Origin: a bacterium
GTDB taxonomy: Bacteria; Patescibacteriota; Minisyncoccia; Phycocordibacterales; UBA2100
Assembly: GCA_038128225.1 (NCBI GenBank)
Contig: JAYPJF010000001.1
Location: 94,458-158,457 of the forward strand
Direction: 5' to 3'
DNA: 64,000 nucleotides
Positions 1 to 10,251 of this stretch are shown one piece after another (the first letter of the stretch is position 1; the number at the start of each line of letters is the position of its first letter). Below the pieces are notes generated by a model. That model searched no databases and had not been told where the DNA came from. It saw only the letters and a program-made list of their open reading frames with translations. Both the position numbers and the translations under genes were made by a program.

Positions 1-154
1 CTTTCGCATTCTCGATAAGAATGACATCGTATTCGCCGAAGCCCATGGGTGACCAACCGCCGTATTCGATCTTGACGATCTTTGCCGGAACACCATCGGG
101 CAACTCTCCTGGCGTTTTGAGAAACCTAGATGCAAGTGCAGGAACTTCGGTCAT
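1..154 (-). CDS. Hypothetical protein, N-terminal part only (runs off the window edge)
   Basis: ATG at 154 opens MTEVPALASRFLKTPGELPDGVPAKIVKIEYGGWSPMGFGEYDVILIENAK with no stop before base 1; not in the ORF track. Confidence 0.4.
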   Translation of the reverse strand, partial: MTEVPALASRFLKTPGELPDGVPAKIVKIEYGGWSPMGFGEYDVILIENAK

Positions 155-364
155 GGGAGCGCTCCGTTCTCTTTCTAAGCTTGAGACTATCGGAATAGAC
201 AGTAATGAGCAAGTTCTAACCCCGACCGTTCCTCCTAATTTTACTGAGTCATCAACTCGCCAGAGGACCCTTTACTGCTTGGGGAGGGTCGGTTCTTGAC
301 CGACCCTCACCGCCAGGCCAAAGTTTGTGTAACGGACAATTAATGAGCATTTAAAATAATAAGT

Positions 365-796
365 ATGGCAACGATAAACCCCTACATTAACTTCAATGGA
401 AATGCCGAAGAAGCGTTTACGTTTTACAAATCTGTTTTCGGTGGAGAATTCGCTGGTATCACTCGTTTTAAAGACATGAGAAGTGCAGAGTTCGAAGTCG
501 CCGAAAATGAGGCCAATAAAATAATGCGCATTGCTCTGCCTATCGGCAAAAGCATTTTGATCGCAAATGACGTCCCCGAAGCAATGGGTCGCGTAAACGA
601 GAACGAGAACAGATCTAAGATAGCGGTTACTGCAGACAGCCAAGAAGAAGCATACAGGATTTTCAACGGTCTTTCAGCAGGCGGGACGGTTGAAATGCCC
701 TTAGCAGAAAGTCCTTGGGGTACCTACTTTGCAATGCTTAGAGATAAGTACGGTATCGAGTGGACCATAGAGTTTGACCAAGACAGAGCGAACTAA
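365..796 (+). CDS. VOC/glyoxalase superfamily protein (PhnB-like)
   Basis: INPYINFNGNAEEAFTFYKSVFGG and C-terminal PWGTYFAMLRDKYGIEW are typical of PhnB/VOC proteins. Confidence 0.9.
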   Translation: MATINPYINFNGNAEEAFTFYKSVFGGEFAGITRFKDMRSAEFEVAENEANKIMRIALPIGKSILIANDVPEAMGRVNENENRSKIAVTADSQEEAYRIFNGLSAGGTVEMPLAESPWGTYFAMLRDKYGIEWTIEFDQDRAN

Positions 797-966
797 AGTA
801 AGAGCCTACTTGAAGACCCGCGAGAACTCCCTGGTCCAAACAAAAGCCAGCTCTTACAACCGTCACCGCGTCAGTGACCTGAATGAAATTGAGCCCTCTT
901 TTTAATGAGGGACCTCACCCCGGATTCAAGAAAATAAATAGTACACCAACGCGCTATAATCCCCCC

Positions 967-3120
967 ATGCTGCCGGTAGATCCTATTGAAAAACATTTCC
1001 GCCTTACCCCCCAGCAGCAGGCGGCGCTTCGCCGCCTTGCAATCGAAACTGTTCACGATCTTCTCTACCATTTCCCTGTGCGCTACGAAAGCGTTAATGA
1101 ATCGAGCACTGTTTCCGCTCTTGCCGTGGGAAATAAAGTCACGCTCTACGGCACCCTCTCAGGACTCAAGGCAAAAAAACTTTGGAAAAGCCGCCGCCCT
1201 GCAACCGAAGGTTGGTTTGAAGACGCTTCAGGCAAAGTGAAAGTGATGTGGTTTAATCAGCCGTACATTGCACGCATGGCCCCTCAAGGCACCATGGTCA
1301 AACTTACCGGCTCAGTCTCGGGAGGCAGCAAACCATACATTACGAATCCAGAGGTCGAAGTGCTCACCGGCGAAATCCCTGATTCACTTTTTACATCCCC
1401 CACAGAAAAAGAAGACACTCCGGTAATTTTTCCTGTATACCCGGAAACCCAAGGCATCACGAGCCGATGGTTTTATCACGCATTCAAACGCGTACATGAT
1501 GGCGGCGTGCTTGAGCATCTTGAAGATCCGCTGCCGGAGTCATTACGCACCCGCTATCACCTCCCCGATATCCACTCCGCGCTCTTGGCGCTCCACGCCC
1601 CGCAAAGCACGCGCTCGGCAGAAGCAGCCCGAAAACGTTTTTCGTTCGAAGAAATCTTTGTGATCCAACTCCACAAACAACAAGAGCGCGCCCGCAATGC
1701 AACACAGCACGCGTTCGAGATTGATGTCGATGAAGCAAGAATCAAAAAATTCATAGCACTCCTCCCTTTCCCGCTCACTGGCGCACAAGAGCGCGCCGTG
1801 AAAGAGATCCTCACCGATTTTGAAAAACTTCACCCTATGGCACGTCTTCTCGAGGGCGATGTCGGGTCGGGAAAGACTGCGGTAGCCGCCATCACCGCAT
1901 ATGCAGCAGTAACATCTCGCCCGAAAGGAAGGGTTTCGGGAACACTCCAGGTAGCCTATATGGCCCCTACAGAGATTTTAGCGACGCAACACTTCCAGTC
2001 ATTTATCGAATTTTTCAAGGAATTGCCGATCAACATCGCGCTCATTACAGGAAGCGGGTGCTATAAGTATCCCTCAAAAATCGACCGAGAAAAACCCACC
2101 ACAATTTCGCGTTCCCAACTACTCAAATGGATTAAAAGCGGAGAAATTGCGATGCTTGTAGGGACGCACGCGCTGGTCCAAAAGACGGTCGCGTTCGAAC
2201 ACTTGGCGTACGTCATCGTCGATGAACAACATCGTTTTGGCACCGCACAGCGCCGCGCGCTCGCGCGCAAAGGTGATTCTGCACCACATTTTCTTTCGAT
2301 GAGCGCGACTCCTATTCCGCGTACGCTTGCCCTTACCATGTACGGCGATCTTGATCTTTCAGTACTCGACGAACTACCAAAAGGGCGCGCCGGTGTCACT
2401 ACCAAAATCATTTCAAAAGAAAAGCGCGCAAGTGCGTACGAAGCGATCCGTGAAGAGCTTAAGAAAGGCCGCCAGGCGTATGTAATCTGCCCGCGTATTG
2501 ACGAACCCGATCCAGAGAAAGCGCTCGCGTTAATAGCGAAGTCTGCAAAAGCTGAAGCAAAACGCCTTCAGCAAGACGTGTTCCCTGAGTTTTCGGTAGG
2601 GCTCATGCACGGCAAGCTCAAGCCGCAGGATAAAGATGCTGTTATGAAAGCGTTTTCCGAAGGTTCGACCAACGTACTCGTTTCCACATCAGTCGTAGAA
2701 GTGGGAGTGAACGTCCCGAATGCGACCGTTATCGCAATCGAGGGCGCTGAGCGATTTGGTCTTGCGCAGCTCCACCAGCTCCGCGGGCGTGTACTAAGAA
2801 GTTCGCACGAGGCTTTTTGTTTTTTGCTACCAGAAACCACGGGAGAATACTCTCGCGCACGGCTCCAGGCTCTTGAAAAAACACGCGACGGATTCGCGCT
2901 CGCGGAAGAAGACCTCAAGCTGCGTGGCGCAGGCGATTTGTATGGAGCAAATCAATGGGGTGTTTCTGACTTGGGCATGGACGCCTTAAAAAACCCTCGC
3001 CTTATTGAAGCTGCCCGAAATGCCGCGCAAGAAACTATTGCACACGATCCAGAACTCACGAAGCATCCGCTCCTCAAAACCGCGGTCGCCGGGCGTGTTC
3101 ACGAACTTCACGAAGAATGA
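967..3120 (+). CDS. recG: ATP-dependent DNA helicase RecG
   Basis: GDVGSGKT, DEQHRFG, MSATPIPRTL, GLAQLHQLRGRV, DLKLRGAGD; start moved to ATG 967, 6 nt after TATAAT. Confidence 0.95.
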   Translation: MLPVDPIEKHFRLTPQQQAALRRLAIETVHDLLYHFPVRYESVNESSTVSALAVGNKVTLYGTLSGLKAKKLWKSRRPATEGWFEDASGKVKVMWFNQPYIARMAPQGTMVKLTGSVSGGSKPYITNPEVEVLTGEIPDSLFTSPTEKEDTPVIFPVYPETQGITSRWFYHAFKRVHDGGVLEHLEDPLPESLRTRYHLPDIHSALLALHAPQSTRSAEAARKRFSFEEIFVIQLHKQQERARNATQHAFEIDVDEARIKKFIALLPFPLTGAQERAVKEILTDFEKLHPMARLLEGDVGSGKTAVAAITAYAAVTSRPKGRVSGTLQVAYMAPTEILATQHFQSFIEFFKELPINIALITGSGCYKYPSKIDREKPTTISRSQLLKWIKSGEIAMLVGTHALVQKTVAFEHLAYVIVDEQHRFGTAQRRALARKGDSAPHFLSMSATPIPRTLALTMYGDLDLSVLDELPKGRAGVTTKIISKEKRASAYEAIREELKKGRQAYVICPRIDEPDPEKALALIAKSAKAEAKRLQQDVFPEFSVGLMHGKLKPQDKDAVMKAFSEGSTNVLVSTSVVEVGVNVPNATVIAIEGAERFGLAQLHQLRGRVLRSSHEAFCFLLPETTGEYSRARLQALEKTRDGFALAEEDLKLRGAGDLYGANQWGVSDLGMDALKNPRLIEAARNAAQETIAHDPELTKHPLLKTAVAGRVHELHEE

Positions 3121-4554
3121 CTAGTTGGAAATAACTACCGAGACACTTTCAAGATTCGAGTTCGAGGGAGAACCTGTTCGCAGCGAAACAATGTATGTGC
3201 CCGCTGATGCGTATGTGTGCGTGAACTCTTTAGTCGTAACCGCGGCAGAGCACGAACCTGCACTCTGAGAAACAGCGGAGGTCCCATCACCCCACTCCAA
3301 TTCATAGTAGCTGCATGGTGACGCAATCTGGAACGTGCTTCGCATTTTGCGCGGATTATTATCAACACCAGGAACGAGTGTGAATTGCGTGTCTACCGTT
3401 GGCTGCTGTGCTGTGCCCGAGGTAGTAATTACCTGCGTCTGCGCAAGCTGCGCCTGTCCGGCACTTACCTGCTGTGCCGTCCCGCGGTATAAAGATGCAC
3501 TGAAAGATCCTCCATACTCATACCGGTGCGTTACTGAATACGTGCGCGGGGCACAAGAACCCGAATTGTAATAAAGTTCGGCATGCGTTCCGTCACCAAA
3601 AGCTAGTGTGTACGTCCCCCCCGCGCACTGTGAATCTTGGTTGATGGTCGCGCTGAATTGCGCAGTGAACGGTGCGTTGCCGCTCGCGTCTGCAACCGAG
3701 AGCGTACCGTACGCTGTTGGCGAAGGTAGTATTGGCGTTGGTGTAGGCTGAGTTGTTTGTCCGGTACCGACATTTATTACAATCGAGGAAGTGCGTGTTC
3801 CTGTTGAAATAGTAACTGGGTAGACACCAGGTACCGGATATGTGTGCACGTATGATTGCGTTAATTCATTACAGTACCCTGCCCCCACCGGTAAAATCAC
3901 GAGCGGCGATCCGTCCCCGTAATTTATAGTGTACGTAGCAGCTTGGCATGATTTAACAGTATTCGCGGTTGCGGTAATAGTTACCGTAAGAGGAGCAGGC
4001 CCAGAAACAGGCGAGGCTTTAAGGTATGCGCCTACTTGTCCTCCTGTTTGGTACCCGTATTGGTAAGCCGATTGGACAACACATCCTTCTGCAAGCGCCT
4101 TCTGTGTACGCGGACCAACGCATCCATACCATTCCCCTACCCATCCTGGCGGCGCATTAATACCGCAGGCTTTTTGAAAACTAGTAACCGCCGCTATAGT
4201 TAGAGGGCCGAACGTTCCAGAAACAACCCCCTCCGGGTAAATGTTCTTATCCTGCGCGAGAAACCGTTGCAGAGCCGCAACTTTCTCACCAGTTGCGCCT
4301 TCGTGTATGTGCTCTCCAAGAAACAGTCCTCCACTAAAAATAGAGCTGCCAGAAACACTGCCTGAAGGTAGCGTCGTTGGCGCAACAGGAGTGGTGACTG
4401 ACCCTGGAATGCTTGTTAGCTCTGCTTGAAGTGCTTGAATGCGCGCAAGAAGTGCCGAAACTTGTTGTTGTAGTTCAGTGAGGCTTTGTGCAGAGCTGAG
4501 CCATGGTACGGAAACAAGCACCGCAAGAGACAGAACGGCAAGGTATCTTTTCAT
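3121..4554 (-). CDS. Secreted protein: coiled coil, peptidoglycan-binding domain and three PKD-like domains
   Basis: Signal peptide MKRYLAVLSLAV; VAALQRFL...GTFGPLTIAAVTSFQ; three (Y/F/W)GDG...H(T/R)Y...G PKD-like units; the track start at 4662 overlaps the tRNA. Confidence 0.8.
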   Translation of the reverse strand: MKRYLAVLSLAVLVSVPWLSSAQSLTELQQQVSALLARIQALQAELTSIPGSVTTPVAPTTLPSGSVSGSSIFSGGLFLGEHIHEGATGEKVAALQRFLAQDKNIYPEGVVSGTFGPLTIAAVTSFQKACGINAPPGWVGEWYGCVGPRTQKALAEGCVVQSAYQYGYQTGGQVGAYLKASPVSGPAPLTVTITATANTVKSCQAATYTINYGDGSPLVILPVGAGYCNELTQSYVHTYPVPGVYPVTISTGTRTSSIVINVGTGQTTQPTPTPILPSPTAYGTLSVADASGNAPFTAQFSATINQDSQCAGGTYTLAFGDGTHAELYYNSGSCAPRTYSVTHRYEYGGSFSASLYRGTAQQVSAGQAQLAQTQVITTSGTAQQPTVDTQFTLVPGVDNNPRKMRSTFQIASPCSYYELEWGDGTSAVSQSAGSCSAAVTTKEFTHTYASAGTYIVSLRTGSPSNSNLESVSVVISN

Positions 4555-4603
4555 ACACGCATTGTCGCATGCTCTCTGCGTGCGACAAGATGAAATCCAC
4601 TTG

Positions 4604-4676
4604 TCCGCCCCCCTGGACTCGAACCAGGAACCGCAGAGGTATAAGCTCTGTGCTCTAACCATTAAGCTAGGGGCGG
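4604..4676 (-). tRNA. tRNA-Ile with UAU anticodon (CCA not encoded)
   Basis: Cloverleaf: acceptor CCGCCCC/GGGGCGG, anticodon arm CAGAG-CU UAU AC-CUCUG, T arm CCUGG-UUCGAGU-CCAGG, discriminator A. Confidence 0.93.
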
Positions 4677-4779
4677 AGCTACCAAAAGATTTCGGTAGTT
4701 TCCTTATCCTACGCTACATGGCACACCTTGCAATCAAGGCTCGGCAACGGGTATAGTCCTCAAGGACAAAAGGAGAAGG

Positions 4780-5679
4780 TTGATGAACACCAATGAGCTT
4801 CGAATTATGAATGCCGCAGGGTGGTGTAAGGATATAGCCACGGTGCAAAAATTGCTTCGTACACCAATAACGGAGGTCACCGTCGGTTCAATCACCCTTA
4901 AAAAGAGGGCCGGAAATGAAGGCACGGTTTTTTGGGAATCGCCCGATGGATCCTATGCGCTTAACTCGCTCGGGCTTCCAAACCCCGGGCTCGATACGTT
5001 TCTCACCATACTTCCTGAGATGCGTGCAGTCACCCACGATACTGGGAAAGGTCTACGTGTAAGCATTGCGGGGTTTGACCCCGATGAGTACAGTGTACTT
5101 GTATGGGGCATCCATCCATTTGTTGACACCCTCGAGTTTAATTTTGGATGTCCTAATGTATGGGGCTCTGACGGCCAGAAAGTAATTGCGTCAAACGAGC
5201 CTGAATTGATGGAGAACATTTTAACCACGGCGGTGGGCAAACTGGACTCTAAACTCGCTCGCCCTCGACTTGCAATCAAACTCTCAATGTATAGTGACCC
5301 GCGAATGATCGGCTCGATTATCAAAATGTTGAGTGGCGCATTGAGAAATGAGATTCAGGAAGTTGTGACGTGTAATACCTTTCCTAATGGGTACGGCTTC
5401 GATGCAAGAGGTAAACCGGCGATAACCCCCGCCTGCGGATTCGCCGGTCTCAGTGGGCCGGCGCTTAAAGGTATCGCGCTTGGACAGGTGTGCATGTTTG
5501 CAAACGGCCTGCAGCACCTTGGCATCGATGTTATCGGTGTCGGTGGCATCTCTTCCGGAGAGGACATTCGCAACATGTACCTCGCCGGAGCAAAAGGGGT
5601 CCAGATCGGTACTCACCACTCCACTCATGGAGAGAAAGTGTTCCAGGAAGCGGTGAGCGAATATATTCACCTCGAGTAA
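4780..5679 (+). CDS. pyrD: Dihydroorotate dehydrogenase (class 1)
   Basis: MNAAG, VTVGSIT, NSLGLPNPG, NFGCPN catalytic Cys loop, GLSG, GVGGI; SD AAGGAG; start may be ATG 4783. Confidence 0.9.
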   Translation: MMNTNELRIMNAAGWCKDIATVQKLLRTPITEVTVGSITLKKRAGNEGTVFWESPDGSYALNSLGLPNPGLDTFLTILPEMRAVTHDTGKGLRVSIAGFDPDEYSVLVWGIHPFVDTLEFNFGCPNVWGSDGQKVIASNEPELMENILTTAVGKLDSKLARPRLAIKLSMYSDPRMIGSIIKMLSGALRNEIQEVVTCNTFPNGYGFDARGKPAITPACGFAGLSGPALKGIALGQVCMFANGLQHLGIDVIGVGGISSGEDIRNMYLAGAKGVQIGTHHSTHGEKVFQEAVSEYIHLE

Positions 5680-5684
5680 ATTGT

Positions 5685-5714
5685 GGCGGCGCTTTAGCGC
5701 CGCCGTTTCCTTTT
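5685..5714 (+). terminator. Intrinsic terminator-like hairpin between pyrD and pyrC
   Basis: GGCGGCGCT-TT-AGCGCCGCC followed by GTTTCCTTTT. Confidence 0.55.
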
Positions 5715-5770
5715 ACACTTTCTTTGCTATGCTCGTGTGGGCCTGTCCCTTAACTTACCTGGAGGTTTGA

Positions 5771-6838
5771 ATGGTCATCCTTCACTACGCACCGTTTGAC
5801 GCGCATGTTCACTTCAGGCGCGCCCACCTGCTTAAAGCAGTTGCTCCTTATACAGCCCGACAGTGCTGGGGCGCAGTGGTCATGCCAAACACAGCGCCAC
5901 ACATACTCACACCCGAAGATGCGAGACGCTACAAAATCGACGTAGCAGCCTCTCTCGGCGAGCGTTTCTTCCCGGTCATGACCGGATATCTTACACCGCA
6001 AACAACACCAGAGGATGTTGAGTGCGGTTTCAAAGGCCGAGTATGGTATGCGATGAAAGCATACCCGCCTGGCGCAACGACGCACTCAGCGGAAGGAGTC
6101 GCTGGCAGAGCGCTCCTACACCATCCAGCGCTCCCTGTCATGCAAGAACTTGGCATGCCACTTCTGTTGCATGGCGAAGTGAATTTCGATGGTGTTGAAG
6201 TTGACCCGTATGATCGCGAAGCTGTATTCATAGATGAAGTGCTGGGAGAATTGTTGACACGGTATCCACGCCTCAAGATCTCTCTCGAACACATAACAAC
6301 TGAGTACGCTGCAACGTTCATACAGAAACATGGTTCGGATCGCCTAGTCTGCACGATTACCGCGCATCACCTCCTCCTAGATCGACGTGATTTTTTTCGA
6401 GGCGGGCCAAATCCGCATCTGCATTGCTGGCCCGTTCTCAAGAGGAGTGGTGACCGCGAAGCGTTACGAGCGCTTGTTGCTCGCAACACATCGTTTGTCA
6501 TTGCCGGTTCTGATTCAGCACCACACCCAACGACCTCAAAAGAGCGTGCATGCGGATGCGCCGGTGGCGTGTTCACTGCCCATGCGCTTGTTCCGTTGTA
6601 CACGCAAATACTCGAGGAAATCGGCGCACTTGACGCGCTCGAGAATTTCCTGTGCCTCAATGGACCACGCTTCTTTAGCATCTCTCCAAAGCGCGCGCAC
6701 ATGGTCCTTCGGCAATCACCATGGACCATGAATACCTGCATCCCTGTGGGAGATGGAAGTGTCGTGCGTCCGTTTGGGTATCATGAAAACCCAGAAGAGC
6801 GCTTCCAGTTTTCGTGGAGAATCTCCGAATTCGTATGA
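5771..6838 (+). CDS. pyrC: Dihydroorotase (E. coli-like, type II)
   Basis: DAHVHFR, VMPN, KAYP, LHGE, LEHIT, AHHL, GSDSAPH; SD GGAGG. Confidence 0.92.
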   Translation: MVILHYAPFDAHVHFRRAHLLKAVAPYTARQCWGAVVMPNTAPHILTPEDARRYKIDVAASLGERFFPVMTGYLTPQTTPEDVECGFKGRVWYAMKAYPPGATTHSAEGVAGRALLHHPALPVMQELGMPLLLHGEVNFDGVEVDPYDREAVFIDEVLGELLTRYPRLKISLEHITTEYAATFIQKHGSDRLVCTITAHHLLLDRRDFFRGGPNPHLHCWPVLKRSGDREALRALVARNTSFVIAGSDSAPHPTTSKERACGCAGGVFTAHALVPLYTQILEEIGALDALENFLCLNGPRFFSISPKRAHMVLRQSPWTMNTCIPVGDGSVVRPFGYHENPEERFQFSWRISEFV

Positions 6839-6842
6839 GCAA

Positions 6843-6869
6843 AAGCCGCGGCAAAGACTGCCGCGGCTT
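6843..6869 (+). terminator. GC hairpin after pyrC
   Basis: AAGCCGCGGCA-AAGAC-TGCCGCGGCTT. Confidence 0.6.
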
Positions 6870-6939
6870 CCCTGTTTCTATCCACCCTCGGCTTGTCTAC
6901 TTATGTGGTTTACTATAGTACTCAGAAAAGGAGCGTTAA

Positions 6940-7206
6940 ATGCGAATCAAATCAAAACGCGCACTGCATTGCCCATCCACAGGCCAAAAATGCATATACG
7001 ACACAGTGATTTTTGAGCGCGAAATCACTATTAAAACGCACCCAGACGGAAGCGTGAAAGCGACCGTGTGCATGCATGCGTGCGCCGAACGCTGGGCCGA
7101 AACAAAAGGTCGTGTGATGGTGAGCGAATACCTGACATCGAAAAGAGGCAGGAAGCGCCGAACCCGGCGCACTATCATCGTACGCCACACTTTTTCGGAA
7201 ACTTGA
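6940..7206 (+). CDS. Small basic hypothetical protein with Cys/His residues
   Basis: 88 aa, SD AAGGAG, followed by a hairpin terminator at 7213-7239. Confidence 0.6.
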   Translation: MRIKSKRALHCPSTGQKCIYDTVIFEREITIKTHPDGSVKATVCMHACAERWAETKGRVMVSEYLTSKRGRKRRTRRTIIVRHTFSET

Positions 7207-7212
7207 AGAATA

Positions 7213-7239
7213 CAAGAGCCCATGCGGGCTCTTGTTTTT
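7213..7239. terminator. Terminator between the convergent 6940 ORF and ftsH
   Basis: ACAAGAGCCC-ATGC-GGGCTCTTGT-TTTT. Confidence 0.7.
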
Positions 7240-9163
7240 ATGCGATCGGCTGATGTTCGATATCCTGTTTCTTCTTCGGTTGAATTCCATTTTGAATCAG
7301 AATCGCTTCGAAATCACCCCGCTCGATAGTTTCTTTTTCAATTAGCGCTTTCGCTATCGCTTCCAAAACTGCGCGATATTTTGTTATTGCTTCTTCCGCT
7401 TTTTTGTATGCTCCGTCGACAATCCGTCGCACCTCAGCATCAATTTTCGACGCCACTTCTTCCGAGTACTCTTTCCCGTCAATACCTACACCCCCAAATA
7501 ACGGTCGCCCTCCATTTGACTCAAGCGCGATAGGCCCCATTTCCTCGGACATACCAAATCGCACCACCATGTCACGCGCAAGCCCAGTGAGCACTTGCAA
7601 ATCATTCGAAGCGCCTGTCGTAAGATCACCAAATACAAGTTTTTCTGCAATGTACCCTCCGAGCGATACGGCGATGTCATCGAGGAACTCTTTCCTCGAT
7701 TGCATTTTCCGATCTTCGAGCGGGAGTTTGAGCGTGTACCCTGCTGCGCGCCCGCGGGAAATGATCGAGACTTTATGCACCGGATCCGCGTACGGCAAAA
7801 GCGAAGCCACAAGCGCGTGCCCCGCTTCATGGTACGCCGTGATTTCTTTTTCTTTTTTATTCAAAACGTGACTACGTCGTTCAGGGCCGAGCATTACTTT
7901 CTCGATCGAGCGCAACAGATCGTACTGAGTGATTTCTCTCCGGTCCTCCCGCGCCGCAAGAATTGCTGCTTCGTTCATGAGATTTGCAAGATCCGCACCA
8001 GAAAACCCAGGCGTGCGCTCCGCGATTACCGTAAGATTTACATCGGAATGAAGTGGTTTCTTACGCGCGTGAATTCCTAAAATTGCTTCGCGATCCTCGC
8101 GATCAGGTAAGTCAATCACCACGCGGCGGTCGAATCGCCCCGGGCGCAGAAGCGCCGGGTCGAGTACATCCGGGCGGTTCGTTGCCGCCATCACAATCAC
8201 TTTTTCGCTTGGTTCAAACCCATCAAGCTCAACGAGAATCTGGTTGAGTGTTTGCTCACGCTCATCGTTTCCGCCACCCACGCCCGTGCCACGCACACGT
8301 CCAACTGCATCAATTTCGTCAATAAACACAATCGCCGGCGCACCTTTTTTAGCAATCTTGAAAAGATCTCGTACGCGCGATGCTCCTACTCCCACAAACA
8401 TTTCCACAAACTCCGATCCTGAAATCGAAAAGAACGGCACTCCTGCTTCGCCTGCTACCGCGCGCGCTAAAAGTGTTTTTCCAGTACCTGGACCACCCAT
8501 AAGCATCACACCTTTTGGAATGCGCGCTCCGATTGCCAGAAATTTCTTTGGGTTTTTAAGAAAGTCCACGATTTCCGTGAGTTCTTCCTTTGCTTCTTTT
8601 GCACCTGCAACATCTTTAAAAGTCACCTGCGACTTATCATCGGGGGTTACCATACGCGCGCGCGACTGACCAAAAGAAAATGCTTGCATCCCCGCACCAC
8701 GCACTTGCCGTGTTAAGTACCAAATGAGACCAAACAATAAAAGGATCGGCAAAAAGATCGGAGCGAGCGTCAAGAACCAAAAACGAAACCCTGTCTCATC
8801 TTTCACTTCAATTTTCACTTGCCCAAGCGCTTCAATGGTCACGCCATAGTTAACCAATGTTTCGGTAAGAGAAACTTCTGCTTCTTTGCGCGACTGTTTC
8901 TTTGATTCATCGACATACGCGATTTCGATCTGATCTCCTCGCACCGTGAGTGAGGCAACCGTACCTGTGCCTATGTCAGCCGCAACTTGCGACAGAGGGA
9001 TTTCCTCCGCCTTACTGAAATAGTCACGAACAAACCCGTATACAGACAAAAGTACTAGGAAAATGGCTACTGTAGAAATAACTTGTATCCAAAAGTTTGG
9101 TTCTTGCTGTTGGCTTTGTTGTTGATTTTTCTTCTTATGTGAGGGCTTCTCAAGATGAGGCAT
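7238..9163 (-). CDS. ftsH: ATP-dependent zinc metalloprotease FtsH
   Basis: Two N-terminal TM segments, [41 protein letters not shown]. Confidence 0.97.
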   Translation of the reverse strand: MPHLEKPSHKKKNQQQSQQQEPNFWIQVISTVAIFLVLLSVYGFVRDYFSKAEEIPLSQVAADIGTGTVASLTVRGDQIEIAYVDESKKQSRKEAEVSLTETLVNYGVTIEALGQVKIEVKDETGFRFWFLTLAPIFLPILLLFGLIWYLTRQVRGAGMQAFSFGQSRARMVTPDDKSQVTFKDVAGAKEAKEELTEIVDFLKNPKKFLAIGARIPKGVMLMGGPGTGKTLLARAVAGEAGVPFFSISGSEFVEMFVGVGASRVRDLFKIAKKGAPAIVFIDEIDAVGRVRGTGVGGGNDEREQTLNQILVELDGFEPSEKVIVMAATNRPDVLDPALLRPGRFDRRVVIDLPDREDREAILGIHARKKPLHSDVNLTVIAERTPGFSGADLANLMNEAAILAAREDRREITQYDLLRSIEKVMLGPERRSHVLNKKEKEITAYHEAGHALVASLLPYADPVHKVSIISRGRAAGYTLKLPLEDRKMQSRKEFLDDIAVSLGGYIAEKLVFGDLTTGASNDLQVLTGLARDMVVRFGMSEEMGPIALESNGGRPLFGGVGIDGKEYSEEVASKIDAEVRRIVDGAYKKAEEAITKYRAVLEAIAKALIEKETIERGDFEAILIQNGIQPKKKQDIEHQPIA

Positions 9164-9223
9164 GGCGGCAATTATACGCAGATCTTGACTCTTTGCAAAA
9201 AAAGACGCGGATTCGAATCCGCG

Positions 9224-10177
9224 TCAAATTTCCCGTACCGGGCGCGCTTCTGCAAGTAGCTGCTGCATGAATCGTCGCGCCTCATTCCATCCTTCTCTCA
9301 TTATCGGAAGCGTGTTCCCTTCAAAAGTGAGCCGCGCATCTCCTATCGTGGGAGTGATGCGACACACACGAATGCGTTTCGCTTCAGCTGCACGATCCGC
9401 TTCATGCGCAAATCGCACATCCATCAGTGCCGTGTTCCTACGTAACAGTCGCGTCTCGCGCAAGAGCCACCCACGCGCAATCATGCTCCAGATTTTCTTG
9501 TACACCCATGAACTGTACTTCGGATGTATTTGACTCGAAAGCGCAAGCACGTCAGTTGGCCGGAACTTTTTCATCCCCTCGATAATCGGAAACGGTGTCG
9601 CGCACGCACCATCAACCATTTCCTTGCCATTGAGTTTGTACTGTGCGTCGGAGATATTTGGCCCGGCCATCGTTGCGCATGCAAGCGACACGACACCTGG
9701 TGGTTCGCGCGCATCTGCAAAATGGAGCGCGCCCGTTGACCGTTCGGTGAGGGCAATCCATAGTGCCGTACGATGTGCGGCAATGAGATCTTGCCCAAGC
9801 CACAATGGTGCAATCGCCCCATTAAGCACTGACTCAAGGTACGAGAGACGGATGCGTATCCGCGGAAGTCTCCCGCTCACAAACTTCGCTTTTGGCTCAG
9901 CAAGATGCTCAAACACCAAGTGCACCCGATGCGCTATCTTGCACAAATACGCCCCAAATGGGCCCGCACTCCCCGAAACCGCAAGCATCCAATCGAATGG
10001 TTCGGTGAGACCTTCGTCTTGTAGCGCGGTTAGATATCCTGCAATGCGCACCGACTTCATGCCGCCTGATGACCCTACACATAAGATGCGGTGCGGCGGC
10101 TTCTGCTTAAGCTCGATGGCTCGCTGATTTTCATAGAGGTGCCGAAGCACCAGGACATTTCCCTTGAGCTTCATCAT
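9224..10177 (-). CDS. Divergent patatin-like phospholipase
   Basis: SSGGMKS...G glycine loop, AVSGSAG nucleophile region, VDGA; SD AGGAGG; terminator 9197-9225. Confidence 0.7.
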   Translation of the reverse strand: MMKLKGNVLVLRHLYENQRAIELKQKPPHRILCVGSSGGMKSVRIAGYLTALQDEGLTEPFDWMLAVSGSAGPFGAYLCKIAHRVHLVFEHLAEPKAKFVSGRLPRIRIRLSYLESVLNGAIAPLWLGQDLIAAHRTALWIALTERSTGALHFADAREPPGVVSLACATMAGPNISDAQYKLNGKEMVDGACATPFPIIEGMKKFRPTDVLALSSQIHPKYSSWVYKKIWSMIARGWLLRETRLLRRNTALMDVRFAHEADRAAEAKRIRVCRITPTIGDARLTFEGNTLPIMREGWNEARRFMQQLLAEARPVREI

Positions 10178-10251
10178 GACCTCCTACTACTCTTGATGAT
10201 CTGTACAAACGATAACTAGAGGTAACAGAGACCGCAAGGTATAGTGTGCAC

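Noticed and set aside
284-308. 10-bp hairpin GAGGGTCGGT/ACCGACCCTC between divergent genes
   Set aside because: Single copy, no U-tract, no other support for a function
4555-4662. N-terminal extension of the 3121..4662 ORF
   Set aside because: It overlaps the tRNA gene; the signal peptide begins at ATG 4554
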